NCBI GenBank assembly: GCA_947496375.1
Contig: CANMCY010000001.1
Location: 70,756 to 134,755, forward strand
Source: Flavobacteriales bacterium
GTDB lineage: Bacteria > Bacteroidota > Bacteroidia > NS11-12g > UBA955
Direction: 5' to 3'
DNA length: 64,000 bases
Shown here: one piece after another, positions 1-9,195 of the stretch
How the letters are laid out: each line of letters begins with the position of its first letter
Position numbering within the stretch: position 1 is the first letter of the stretch
Notes under the pieces: generated by a model
Seen by the model: only the letters and a program-made list of their open reading frames with translations
Told to the model about the DNA's origin: nothing
Databases searched by the model: none
Translations under genes and position numbers: made by a program

Positions 1-887
1 AGCAGACAAGCCCTGGTGCCGTTCATGTAGGCCGAGAATTCGTCCATGATTCCGTAAATACCACTCAAATTGGCGGATACGCTTGATCCTTTGGATACAT
101 AGGTGTTGTAGCGAAATATTTGTGATGCCAAATCTTTGGTGATATACCGGCTGAACTCCTCTGACTTGCAGATTTCTGTTTCATTCACCGGTATAACGAT
201 TCCCGGAATAATCAGATAGCGATCATGATTGAACTTGTGCACCGATTCGTGTATGACCGTATTCAAATCGTCAAAAAGCGCCTCCTCGCTGGTGTCCTTA
301 TTCCATGGCACCAATTGACCGTTGATATAGGTAGTATATTGTCCCGGTCCACAGTAATTATCTTGCAAGATGGTCTGATAACCCGGTGCGTAATGTTGTG
401 CAGTATGGATGAAGTACCTTTTGGCGTTCTCTATTGCATCGGGATTTTCAGGTTTTTTTTCGGATTTGATTTGCGTATTAACGGCACTCTCCTCAGTTTT
501 TTGGGTTAAAGGATTGAAGTTCCAGGGTTTATCAAAATCATCATTTTGGACGGTAAAGTAGTCAGGAGAACCGCCTATTATGCCTTTCAAGGGTTTGAGG
601 TAGATTCCCTTTTTGCCTTTGAACACTGACTTTTGGGTAAGCGGATTGAATCCATGCTTTTTTTCGGTGGAAATGAACCTGATTTTTTTGTGACCTTTGA
701 AAATACCTGTGTCGCGCTGAATGCGGTTGGGTTTGTAACGACAAAAATTATAGGTATGGTCGGGATATAATTTCAGCACATTCAAACTTTTTTTGGAAGT
801 TTTTTGCGTGTAAATGCCGGGCTTGAGAATTTCCGGTGTCGGGTGGGCTGAGGTGTTGACCAGCAATACAATGGCGATGATGTTCAT
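1..887 (-). CDS. Partial CDS running off the window start, with signal peptide MNIIAIVLLVNTSAHP and an HEXXH motif (IHESVHKF); putative secreted zinc metallopeptidase-like protein
   Basis: Manual reverse-complement translation from ATG at 887 stays open to the window edge. It is absent from the ORF track because there is no stop in the window. HESVH was found in frame at about 251..237. Confidence 0.45.
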   Translation of the reverse strand, partial: MNIIAIVLLVNTSAHPTPEILKPGIYTQKTSKKSLNVLKLYPDHTYNFCRYKPNRIQRDTGIFKGHKKIRFISTEKKHGFNPLTQKSVFKGKKGIYLKPLKGIIGGSPDYFTVQNDDFDKPWNFNPLTQKTEESAVNTQIKSEKKPENPDAIENAKRYFIHTAQHYAPGYQTILQDNYCGPGQYTTYINGQLVPWNKDTSEEALFDDLNTVIHESVHKFNHDRYLIIPGIVIPVNETEICKSEEFSRYITKDLASQIFRYNTYVSKGSSVSANLSGIYGIMDEFSAYMNGTRACL

Positions 888-1021
888 AATGCATGATTTT
901 AAATGTTGATTTAACAGAATGGGCTTCTTTTGGATAACGAACAATAGCTAAAGAATATTGGCTCAAAATGAAATCCTGTGGTAAATTGAGGAATTTACTT
1001 GCAAAAGTTCCGAAGATTTTA

Positions 1022-1029
1022 TAGATTTG
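1022..1029 (+). promoter_or_regulatory. Candidate Bacteroidota -7 promoter box TAgaTTTG followed by CACCCCC, 21 nt upstream of rpmH
   Basis: Matches the TAnnTTTG consensus of Bacteroidota sigma-A promoters. The TTTGCACC extension is shared with the boxes at 1889 and 4728. Confidence 0.3.
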
Positions 1030-1050
1030 CACCCCCAATCAAGGATTGAC

Positions 1051-1212
1051 ATGACCAAGCGTACCTACCAACCTTCGAAAACCAAGCGCAGAAACCGTCA
1101 CGGATTCCGCAAGCGCATGAGCTCAGCAAACGGCCAACGCGTACTGGCTGCGCGCCGCGCCAGGGGCCGTCACAAACTCACTACCTCCGACGAAAGAGGC
1201 CACAAGGGTTAA
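1051..1212 (+). CDS. rpmH: 50S ribosomal protein L34
   Basis: [44 protein letters not shown] is the canonical L34 sequence. The ORF-track start at 1027 is probably too far upstream. Confidence 0.9.
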   Translation: MTKRTYQPSKTKRRNRHGFRKRMSSANGQRVLAARRARGRHKLTTSDERGHKG

Positions 1213-1233
1213 TGATCGAAAGGACGGTGCAGA

Positions 1234-1644
1234 TTGACACCTCCAACGCCGCTGCAACGATACAAACTGCCCAGAAATAAAATTCTGCGCAGTCAAAAAG
1301 CCATTACCGGGTTATTTCAGCCCGGTTTTTTTGTTAGCAGCTACCCGCTTCGCATCAATTATCAGTTTATTAACAGACAAGCAGGTGATGCCGAGGTTTT
1401 GGTGCTATTCAGCGTAAGCAAAAGAAGATTTAAAAAGGCCACACAGCGCAATCGCATTAAACGCCTCATGCGCGAAGTTTACCGGCTGAATCAGCAGCAA
1501 CTGCAAGCATTAGACATTCCTCAAGACCGTCAACTGACCATGGCGTTGATTTACACCGGGCAGGAACTTCTGACTTTTCAGGTGATCAAATCCGCGTTTT
1601 TGCTGTGCATTCAAAAAATGGAGAGGAAAATAAATCATGCGTAG
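1234..1644 (+). CDS. rnpA: Ribonuclease P protein component
   Basis: Basic protein of about 135 aa immediately after rpmH, with an [22 protein letters not shown] motif; conserved rpmH-rnpA-yidD synteny. Confidence 0.8.
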   Translation: MTPPTPLQRYKLPRNKILRSQKAITGLFQPGFFVSSYPLRINYQFINRQAGDAEVLVLFSVSKRRFKKATQRNRIKRLMREVYRLNQQQLQALDIPQDRQLTMALIYTGQELLTFQVIKSAFLLCIQKMERKINHA

Positions 1645-1846
1645 GGTGGCCATTTTTTTTATTCGGATATACCAGTATGTGCTTAGCCCGCTATTCCCCA
1701 AAAGCTGTCGTTATGAGCCATCCTGCAGTGAATACGGGGTGCAGGCGTTTAAGAAACATGGTTTTTTTAAGGGATTTAAACTCACGGCTAAACGAATCGG
1801 ACGTTGTCATCCCTGGGGTGGAAGCGGATATGATCCGGTTCCCTAA
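1637..1846 (+). CDS. yidD: Membrane protein insertion efficiency factor YidD
   Basis: 69 aa with the hallmark [22 protein letters not shown]...[15 protein letters not shown]; overlaps rnpA by 8 nt. Confidence 0.9.
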   Translation: MRRVAIFFIRIYQYVLSPLFPKSCRYEPSCSEYGVQAFKKHGFFKGFKLTAKRIGRCHPWGGSGYDPVP

Positions 1847-1888
1847 TCGAATATTCCGATTTTCCTTTGAAATATCAAGTATTTCCCC

Positions 1889-1896
1889 TATTTTTG
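1889..1896 (+). promoter_or_regulatory. Candidate -7 promoter box TAttTTTG followed by CACCCCC upstream of rpsF
   Basis: TAnnTTTG consensus 25 nt upstream of the rpsF ATG; same extended motif as 1022 and 4728. Confidence 0.3.
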
Positions 1897-1921
1897 CACC
1901 CCCTAAAAAAGCACTTTTACA

Positions 1922-2296
1922 ATGAACCACAATCAGTATGAAACCGTGATCATTTTAACACCCGTGCTCTCTGAACAACAGATGAAAGATGCTGTTAAAG
2001 GCTACAGAGAGCTGATCACAGGTAACGGTGGGGAGATGGTCCACGAAGAAAACTGGGGCCTGACCAAATTAGCCTATCCCATCGACAAAAAAGGCACGGG
2101 ATTTTATCATTTGTTTGAATTCAAAGCCAATCCTGAGTTCATCAAAACCTTCGAACTGGCATTCCGCCGTGACGAGCGCATCATGCGCTACCTCACCGTG
2201 AGACTGGACAAGTGGGGTGTTGATTACAACGACAGGAAGCGCAAAGGTGAATTCAACCAACCTAAAACTGTAGCTGTAGAGGAGGCCGCATCATGA
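1922..2296 (+). CDS. rpsF: 30S ribosomal protein S6
   Basis: N-terminal [14 protein letters not shown] and an S6-like fold motif; followed by rpsR and rplI in conserved order. Confidence 0.85.
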   Translation: MNHNQYETVIILTPVLSEQQMKDAVKGYRELITGNGGEMVHEENWGLTKLAYPIDKKGTGFYHLFEFKANPEFIKTFELAFRRDERIMRYLTVRLDKWGVDYNDRKRKGEFNQPKTVAVEEAAS

Positions 2297-2556
2297 GCAA
2301 AGAAGTAAACTTTATCTTCAACCAGACACCCCAGGTGTTGCAGAAGAAAAAATACTGCCGCTTCAAGAAGCACGGTATCCGCTACATCGACTACAAAGAC
2401 AAAGACTTTCTGCTGAAGTTTGTGAATGAGCAGGGAAAAATTCTTCCCCGCCGCATCACCGGTACTTCACTCAAGTTTCAACGTAAAATTTCCGTAGCTA
2501 TTAAGCGCGCAAGACACTTGTCTCTGTTGCCTTTCGTGGCTGACGGCCTAAAATAA
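2293..2556 (+). CDS. rpsR: 30S ribosomal protein S18
   Basis: YCRFKK...IDYKD...LPRRITG S18 signature; ATGA overlap with rpsF. Confidence 0.9.
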   Translation: MSKEVNFIFNQTPQVLQKKKYCRFKKHGIRYIDYKDKDFLLKFVNEQGKILPRRITGTSLKFQRKISVAIKRARHLSLLPFVADGLK

Positions 2557-2572
2557 GAAGGAGGAGAAAATC

Positions 2573-3013
2573 ATGAAAATCATCCTGACACAAGACGTGA
2601 AAAACCTGGGCCACAAAGACGATGTGGTAGTAGTAAAAGACGGCTACGGACGCAATTACCTCATCCCCAAAGGAATGGCCAAACTGGCTACCGACGGCGC
2701 GATGAAAATGCTGGCCGAAGACATCCGTCAGCGCGCATTTAAAGTAGAAAAGCTGCGCAAAGATGCCGAGCAAATCTCTGCCAAATTGAATGGCGCTTCT
2801 GTTACCGTGAAAACCAAAGCCGGCGCTTCCGGTAAGATCTTCGGATCAGTTACAGGTCTTCAGATTGCCAACGCACTGAAAGAACAGGGTTATGACGTAG
2901 ATCGCCGTAAAATTGCGGTTGACGACATCAAAAACCTGGGAACCTACACTGCCGATATCAACCTGTTTAAAGATATCACCGCTGCTATTACTGTAGAGGT
3001 AGTTGCAGAGTAA
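2573..3013 (+). CDS. rplI: 50S ribosomal protein L9
   Basis: MKIILTQDVKNLG...YGRNYLIP is the L9 N-terminal domain; ribosome-binding-site-like GGAGGAG upstream. Confidence 0.9.
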   Translation: MKIILTQDVKNLGHKDDVVVVKDGYGRNYLIPKGMAKLATDGAMKMLAEDIRQRAFKVEKLRKDAEQISAKLNGASVTVKTKAGASGKIFGSVTGLQIANALKEQGYDVDRRKIAVDDIKNLGTYTADINLFKDITAAITVEVVAE

Positions 3014-3034
3014 GGTTTTTTAAAACGAACATTG

Positions 3035-3061
3035 AAAAGCCGCCTTATGGCGGCTTTTTTT
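3035..3061 (+). terminator. Rho-independent terminator after rplI
   Basis: Stem GCCGCC/GGCGGC with loop TTAT followed by a T7 tract. Confidence 0.8.
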
Positions 3062-3141
3062 ATGGTTATTGCTCAAATGGATAGCAGAGATTACAAGGGT
3101 TAATTACATGGAGAATATTGTAGCGAAAATTGTAAAAAATA

Positions 3142-3834
3142 TTAAAGTTTACTAATTCTTGCCGTGTGCTTAACCCCGCTAACAGTGGTTACTTCCAGCC
3201 AATACATGCCCGTGGCAATGGCTTGCAGGTCAAATGCATCGGTTTGTAAACGGCTGCTGCATATTTTTTTACCTTGCATATCATACAGACAAACGGTATT
3301 TCCGGTCTGTATGTAGTCACCCATTAATTTGTCTGTGGCCGGATTGGGATAGAAACGCATTGTGTTTTTGGGTGATGCTGTATTCAGGTAGGATATATGC
3401 ACCATGGGAATACAGGTTTCGTTGTTTTTCCTCATTTCGGAAGTTTCTTTAATGATGGAATCTTTTTTGTTTACCCAGTATATTCTGTAAATCTCCGCGC
3501 ATATCTCTGTTCGGTAGTTGGTGGCGTCAAAGCGGCAAGGCAGGTTGTTTTTCGCAATTATGCTGTCTCCCGGTGGAACATCTCTTCCAAAATTTCCGCT
3601 TAGGGGTGGAAAAACCATATTTCCAAAAGCAATTTTCAGCGTGTATCCGTCATTGTATCTGATGGTGTCGGGGCCAAGGTTAATCACAGCATATTTACCG
3701 GAATAGTCTGCCGGGGAAACCAGGGTATCATACGCTTTGGGTTCAAGCACACGGGTAGTTAAATCGATTTTTCGCTGGCCGAATGCAGTGCCTACGCATA
3801 ATGTGATTAATAGAAACGTTGTAATGTTTTTCAT
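3142..3834 (-). CDS. Secreted protein with T9SS C-terminal sorting domain (Por_Secre_tail)
   Basis: Signal peptide; C-terminal FYPNPATDKL...YWLEVTT...ARISKL is the typical type IX CTD. Paralog of the upstream gene (shared IDL...NLGPD N-terminus). Confidence 0.65.
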   Translation of the reverse strand: MKNITTFLLITLCVGTAFGQRKIDLTTRVLEPKAYDTLVSPADYSGKYAVINLGPDTIRYNDGYTLKIAFGNMVFPPLSGNFGRDVPPGDSIIAKNNLPCRFDATNYRTEICAEIYRIYWVNKKDSIIKETSEMRKNNETCIPMVHISYLNTASPKNTMRFYPNPATDKLMGDYIQTGNTVCLYDMQGKKICSSRLQTDAFDLQAIATGMYWLEVTTVSGVKHTARISKL

Positions 3835-4532
3835 GATTTAATAAATACACCCTGCCTTTTGATAATGCCGTCTTGCGTTATTCCTTCCATAAAATACACG
3901 CCCGGCGGTAGTGTGGAAATATTCAGTGTTGCCGTAGGTTTGGGAATTGCCAATACTTTTTGACCTGTGGTGTTGTAGATGCTGATGTCAGAGTAATTTT
4001 GTTTTAAATGCAATACATCTGCTGCCGGATTGGGGTAGAAAAAACCGTTATCGGGGGCCTGTGCTTGAGGTCTTGCAGAAATATTGTTTCTTCTGATTTT
4101 AACGACAATGTCTGGTCGGTTGTTGTATACTTTCGGGGCAAATTCCACTTTAATGCTATCTGCACTTAAATTATAAACAAGACAGGATAATCCAATTCCA
4201 TAAAAATCAGCATCAAACTCTGCGTTTATGGGTATATTGTGGTTCACGGTAAAAGATTCACCGGGTAAATAATTGGCAGTAAGGGTATATTTAAAAGCTC
4301 CCCTCGTTCCGGTATCGGTGTTCCAGGTATAAAACCTAAAGATATCGCCGGGCTTTAACGCATCAGGTCCGTTATTTTTTACCCTGAATTGTAATGGGTA
4401 CTGGGTGGGCACATAAATAATTTCGTTCGTATCGGGTTTAATGAAAGTGACTTCCAGGTCAATATCACGGGCGGTTTGGGCCATCAGGCAAGTGTTGGCA
4501 ATGAGTGCGAGTACTAAAAAGGGTGGCCTCAT
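3831..4532 (-). CDS. Secreted protein with T9SS C-terminal sorting domain; tandem paralog of 3142..3834
   Basis: Signal peptide MRPPFLVLALIANTCLMAQ; C-terminal FFYPNPAADVLHLK...GVYFMEG...IKS; ATGA overlap with the downstream gene. Confidence 0.65.
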   Translation of the reverse strand: MRPPFLVLALIANTCLMAQTARDIDLEVTFIKPDTNEIIYVPTQYPLQFRVKNNGPDALKPGDIFRFYTWNTDTGTRGAFKYTLTANYLPGESFTVNHNIPINAEFDADFYGIGLSCLVYNLSADSIKVEFAPKVYNNRPDIVVKIRRNNISARPQAQAPDNGFFYPNPAADVLHLKQNYSDISIYNTTGQKVLAIPKPTATLNISTLPPGVYFMEGITQDGIIKRQGVFIKS

Positions 4533-4727
4533 ATTACTTATTTTTGATTTATAAGCTACATGTAAAAATAGTTAATAAAATTTACATTTAAAATCTATAA
4601 ATAAAATATTGCACTAATGTTACAGTCTTTATACAGTTAATCTTAGGAGTAATGTTGAAAACCGACTTTTGTTAAAGGGATAAATGTATCCAATGGGTGA
4701 AATGGGTGCGATTTGAACTGTTAGCCC

Positions 4728-4735
4728 TATTTTTG
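4728..4735 (+). promoter_or_regulatory. Candidate -7 promoter box TAttTTTG followed by CACC, ending 7 nt before the ATG of the MMPL exporter gene (possible leaderless transcript)
   Basis: Exact TAnnTTTG match. The 15-mer CCCTATTTTTGCACC is identical to the one upstream of rpsF. Confidence 0.3.
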
Positions 4736-4742
4736 CACCTTT

Positions 4743-7097
4743 ATGTGGGATCGCATAGCAACCTATATTCTTAAAAACCGCAATTTTTTTGTTATACTCA
4801 TCCTCGCATTTGCCGGGGCTGCCGGATACTTTGCCACCAAGGCCGAAATGGCCTATGATATGCAAAAACTGGTACCCCAGGATGACCCTGAGTACAATGC
4901 CTACATGGCTTTCAAAAAAACCTTTGGCGAAGATGGCAATAAGGTGGTTATCGGGTTTAAGCATAAAGACATTTTCTCCCTCCCACTCTATCAGGATTAC
5001 TATAAACTATGTGATGATATTCAAAAGCAGGCCGGTGTTATGGATCTGCTGTCGCCGGCACGGGTGTTTAACCTGGTGATAGACACCACTACAGATATGT
5101 ATGCCGTGCAGCCGCTTTTGGCCCGCATGCCGCAATCCCAGCAGGAGCTTGATAGTGTATCAGCCAAATTCAAATCCCTCAAATTCTATGAAGGATTGCT
5201 CTATAACGATACAGCGCATGTGGCACTGATGGTGATTTCTCTGAATGACAGCACACTTAACAGCAAAGGCCGAATCACCCTCATTCGGAATATAGAAAAG
5301 CGCTGCGAGGCATTTGGCGTAAAACACGGCATAGAAATGCGCTACAGCGGCCTGCCTTTCATTCGTACGGAATTTGCCACCAAGGTAAAGAGCGAAATTG
5401 TGTTGTTTACCATTATCGCATTTGCGGTAACAGCTTTGCTCATTCTGGGGTTTTTCCGCAGCATCAGCACCCTGGCCATTTCCCTGTTTTTCATCGCCAT
5501 TGGCGTGGTTACCATGCTATCTGTGGCAGGTTTGCTTGGCTATAAACTCACCATGCTCACCGGAACCCTCCCGCCGTTGCTGGTGGTGATTGGGGTGCAA
5601 AATACCATTTACCTCATTAATAAATACCATGAGGAATACCGCAGACACGGCAATAAAGCGCGTGCGCTCACCCGCATTATTTCGCGTATTGGGGTGGCCA
5701 CTTTCCTCATCAACTTTACCACTGCTGTTGGCTTCGGGACGTTTTATTTTACCAAAACCATGATGCTGGAGCAGTTTGGTGTGGTGGCATTTATTACCAT
5801 CAACATCATTTTCTTCATCAACATTATCGGTATTCCGGTTTTGTACAGTTACCTGCCGGCTCCAACAGAAAAGCAAACCGCCCATCTGGACAATAAAAAT
5901 GTCAATAATTTCCTCAATTGGGTGAGATTTAATGCGTTTAACCGCAAGCGGTCCATTTATTTCTGGAGCATTGCCTTTACCGTATTAAGTAGCATTTATA
6001 TCGTCCGATTGAGGCCTCTGGCCTTTATCCTGGATGATGTACCCAAATCCAGCAAAATATACAGAGACCTGGTCTTTTTTCAGCAGAATTTTCGTGGGGT
6101 GATGCCCTTTGAAATCCTCATTACCTGTCATACTGAGGGTGGAGCAAACTCCGCAGAAGTTCTCAATAAGGCCTCCAGTCTGCAGAAATCCCTGCGCCGT
6201 TATGAAGAATTCAGCAAGCCCATGAGTCTGGTGGAAATGGTGAGTTTTGCCAATCAGGCCTACAATGGGGGTGATGAGCGCCAATACCGTGTGCCCAAAG
6301 CCACCGATCTGGGTGACATTTCAACCCGTATGCCCACCCCGGTACCAGGCAAAAAAAGCATTGTGAATGGCATGATCGATACATCATTGACCAAACTTCG
6401 AATCAGTTACCAAATGGCCGATGTGGGCTCTATTCGCATGGATAGTATCAGCAGCCAGGTGAAAACCATTGCCGGTAAAATCTTCCCTGAAGAACAATAT
6501 GAGGTTAAAATCACAGGCACTTCTGCCATATTCCTGCAAGGTAACCGATACCTGTATGACAGTCTTATAAGCAGCACCCTGTGGAGTTTACTGATTATCA
6601 GTCTTACCATGGGATTGCTGTTTCCCAGCATTAAAATGATCATTATTTCGGTTATCCCAAATGTTTTGCCTCTGGTAATTACTGCAGGTTTGATGGGTTT
6701 TCTGAATATCCCCCTGAAACCCAGTACCATACTGGTTTTCAGCATAGCATTTGGTATAACCATCGATGCAACAACCCATTTTATGAGCACGTTCCGGCGA
6801 GAGTTACTGCATACCAAAAAATCGCTTCGTGAAGCGCTCAGTCATACCATTATGGAAGTGGGCCTGAGTATGATTTATACCATGGTAGCACTATTTGCCG
6901 GGTATATGATTTTCATGTTCAGCCGTTTTGAAGGCACACAGGCCCTGGGATGGCTCACGGCAGTTACCTTGCTTTCCGGTCTGGTGGCGAATTTATTCTT
7001 GCTGCCTGCACTGATTCTTACATTTGAAAAAGGCCTCAACCCCAAAGAGGAACTGAAAGAAACGGTAATAGAGCTACCCGACGAAACGGAGGATTAA
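4743..7097 (+). CDS. MMPL / RND-superfamily exporter (two 6-TM bundles with large periplasmic loops)
   Basis: 784 aa. It has two hydrophobic blocks (about aa 200-360 and 600-760) with sterol-sensing-domain-like segments (GFFRSISTLAISLFFIAIG; TILVFSIAFGITIDATTHF) typical of MMPL/HpnN-type exporters. Confidence 0.7.
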   Translation: MWDRIATYILKNRNFFVILILAFAGAAGYFATKAEMAYDMQKLVPQDDPEYNAYMAFKKTFGEDGNKVVIGFKHKDIFSLPLYQDYYKLCDDIQKQAGVMDLLSPARVFNLVIDTTTDMYAVQPLLARMPQSQQELDSVSAKFKSLKFYEGLLYNDTAHVALMVISLNDSTLNSKGRITLIRNIEKRCEAFGVKHGIEMRYSGLPFIRTEFATKVKSEIVLFTIIAFAVTALLILGFFRSISTLAISLFFIAIGVVTMLSVAGLLGYKLTMLTGTLPPLLVVIGVQNTIYLINKYHEEYRRHGNKARALTRIISRIGVATFLINFTTAVGFGTFYFTKTMMLEQFGVVAFITINIIFFINIIGIPVLYSYLPAPTEKQTAHLDNKNVNNFLNWVRFNAFNRKRSIYFWSIAFTVLSSIYIVRLRPLAFILDDVPKSSKIYRDLVFFQQNFRGVMPFEILITCHTEGGANSAEVLNKASSLQKSLRRYEEFSKPMSLVEMVSFANQAYNGGDERQYRVPKATDLGDISTRMPTPVPGKKSIVNGMIDTSLTKLRISYQMADVGSIRMDSISSQVKTIAGKIFPEEQYEVKITGTSAIFLQGNRYLYDSLISSTLWSLLIISLTMGLLFPSIKMIIISVIPNVLPLVITAGLMGFLNIPLKPSTILVFSIAFGITIDATTHFMSTFRRELLHTKKSLREALSHTIMEVGLSMIYTMVALFAGYMIFMFSRFEGTQALGWLTAVTLLSGLVANLFLLPALILTFEKGLNPKEELKETVIELPDETED

Positions 7098-8110
7098 TTT
7101 TCAGAAACCAATAGGTTGCAGCCCCGCACTTCGCTTTGGTCGTGGCGTCCCAGTACTTCAAAGCTGCCGTCATCGTGGAGTTTGCCAAGATCCTGAGTGG
7201 CAATGAAACTGCAGCTTTGCACATTGGCCAGATCTACCACACATATTAACCCGGTTTTGCCAAATGCCATCCAGTTACCGGGGTCGCTGATATCGCGAAT
7301 CATGATTTTCATCCATGGCGGACAAATAAATCTTCCATTTCCTTTGCTGTAGGCCTGGCTCAGGAGTTCGGTCATGCCGTATTCGCTGTGAATTTCCTGC
7401 ACGCCAAAACGTTTACACCAGTTATGATGCAATTCGGAGCGTGTAAGTTCCGGCCCGCGACCTTTCATACCGCCGGTTTCCATGATGATGGTGTTTTTTA
7501 GTGGTGGACCGGAGTAAATTTTGGCAAGTTCTTGCAGGGCGAAGGTTACACCCAGCAATATTCCGGGGGTATCGTTCTGCTCATTTTTTTCGATTTGTTG
7601 AATGAGTTTCGGGTAATCATACAGATAGAAATCACTGCCGGGCAGGCCGTTTTTTACAAAATCATCGGCCATGTACACCAAACTGCTATTTTTACGTTCG
7701 AGGTAACCGGGCAGCAAGCAAAGCCAGGCGTAACGGGAAGCAGGTCCGTATTGCAGTTCAAAGCATTTGCGAAAATTGCCAATGTAATGTTCCGGGTTTT
7801 GCAAAAAATGCTTGGATGTGCCGGATTGACCTGTGCCGCTGCTTTCAAAAACTATCGCATCGGGCGGATTGTAGCCGGCCACGCGGTAATGCTTAAAAAA
7901 ATCGATAGGCAGAAAAGGGATATCCGTTAATTGTTGGGGTTCCGGATTGCCGTTTACAGACAGCCATTTGGCAAATATGGGATTTTGCTGACGCTGGTAA
8001 TGGAAGATTTCTAATGCCAATGTAGTAAATTTGACATCAGCTGTGTTCCAGACCCTGTTAAAAATATCCGTCATTGCGTGTGTGGTGCTGTTTGCCTGCA
8101 GGCCCGACAA
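7094..8110 (-). CDS. LuxE-like acyl-protein synthetase / adenylate-forming enzyme; true start possibly Met13 at 8074
   Basis: The N-terminus LALEIFHYQRQQNPIFAKW resembles LuxE. It has a TGGMKG-type nucleotide motif and a C-terminal adenylation-like region. It is monocistronic, convergent with the exporter gene. Confidence 0.55.
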   Translation of the reverse strand: MSGLQANSTTHAMTDIFNRVWNTADVKFTTLALEIFHYQRQQNPIFAKWLSVNGNPEPQQLTDIPFLPIDFFKHYRVAGYNPPDAIVFESSGTGQSGTSKHFLQNPEHYIGNFRKCFELQYGPASRYAWLCLLPGYLERKNSSLVYMADDFVKNGLPGSDFYLYDYPKLIQQIEKNEQNDTPGILLGVTFALQELAKIYSGPPLKNTIIMETGGMKGRGPELTRSELHHNWCKRFGVQEIHSEYGMTELLSQAYSKGNGRFICPPWMKIMIRDISDPGNWMAFGKTGLICVVDLANVQSCSFIATQDLGKLHDDGSFEVLGRHDQSEVRGCNLLVSEN

Positions 8111-8567
8111 AAATAAGTTCTCTGAGGTGCCTTTTTTGCAAATTAAAGGTGCATATATTTATAATAATGGATTTGATAAGGACAGTTTTATAGAGTTGGT
8201 GATGCATTACCGCGATGGAGATGGTGACATTGGCTTGGATCCGGGTGATACTGCACCTCCCTTTAATAACGGCGGATGGGCATTCTATAATTTAAAGATC
8301 TGGATGTGGGAGAAGGTAAACGGCCAATGGATTAAGCCCATCAATTTGCTTGCAAACCCACCGGATACCCTCAATTTTCACGAACGCATTCCGCGTATTA
8401 CGCCTACAGGCAGGGCAAAATGGATAGAAGGTGACCTGAGTGTGAAAATTCCCGCAGAACCTTACGGGCTAAAACCTGATACGGTGAAATTACAGGTGAT
8501 GCTTATGGACAGAAAGCTTCAAAGCAGCGGATGGCTGGAATCGGAAGAATTATTGCTGAAGCATTAG
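8031..8567 (+). CDS. Hypothetical lipoprotein
   Basis: Signal peptide with lipobox VVLFAC; no recognisable domain. Overlaps the 5' end of the divergent LuxE-like ORF. Confidence 0.45.
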   Translation: MTSAVFQTLLKISVIACVVLFACRPDKNKFSEVPFLQIKGAYIYNNGFDKDSFIELVMHYRDGDGDIGLDPGDTAPPFNNGGWAFYNLKIWMWEKVNGQWIKPINLLANPPDTLNFHERIPRITPTGRAKWIEGDLSVKIPAEPYGLKPDTVKLQVMLMDRKLQSSGWLESEELLLKH

Positions 8568-8637
8568 TACAGTACCTGCAATTCATTTATTTTCGCATCT
8601 CCTTTACCTTTGGCACAGGGTTTGGAATAGATACAAC

Positions 8638-9183
8638 ATGAGAACATTATTTTTCATACTCGCGTTTTTAACATTGGCTCCATTGGCAGCCCAAAAAACG
8701 GGTTTTATTGACAGTGATCTGATTCTGGGTAAAATGCCTGAATACAAATCGGCACAAAAACAGCTCGATGATTTCGCCGCCAAATGGCAACAGGATGCTG
8801 CAGATATGCAGCAAAAACTGGATCAGATGTACAAGGATTACAAGGCAGAAGAGGTTTTGTTAACCTCGGATCAAAAGAGAAAAAGGGAAGAAGCCATTGT
8901 GGGTAAGGAAAAGGAACTTTTTCAGTTTCGCGAAGATAAATTTGGCCAGACAGGAGAACTTTTCAAAAAGCGCGAAGAACTGGTAAAACCCGTTCAGGAT
9001 AAGGTATATGATGCAGTGCAAAAAGTAGCCAAAAAAGAAGGCCTGGATTTTATCTTTGATAAAGCCGGTGGTGCACTGATGATGTATGCCAACGCTAAAT
9101 ACGACAAAACCTTTGAGGTGATGGAAGAACTGGGAATCCCTACGGATGCCCCCGGCACCACACCCGGTAATTCCGGAAAATAA
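8638..9183 (+). CDS. skp: OmpH/Skp family periplasmic chaperone
   Basis: Signal peptide; Lys/Glu/Gln-rich coiled-coil, about 180 aa; first of the two tandem ompH genes typical of Bacteroidota. Confidence 0.8.
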   Translation: MRTLFFILAFLTLAPLAAQKTGFIDSDLILGKMPEYKSAQKQLDDFAAKWQQDAADMQQKLDQMYKDYKAEEVLLTSDQKRKREEAIVGKEKELFQFREDKFGQTGELFKKREELVKPVQDKVYDAVQKVAKKEGLDFIFDKAGGALMMYANAKYDKTFEVMEELGIPTDAPGTTPGNSGK

Positions 9184-9195
9184 CAACAACACTAT

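Noticed and set aside
225-509. 94-aa plus-strand ORF
   Set aside because: It lies antisense inside the longer minus-strand partial CDS (1..887) and has no recognisable features; likely spurious.
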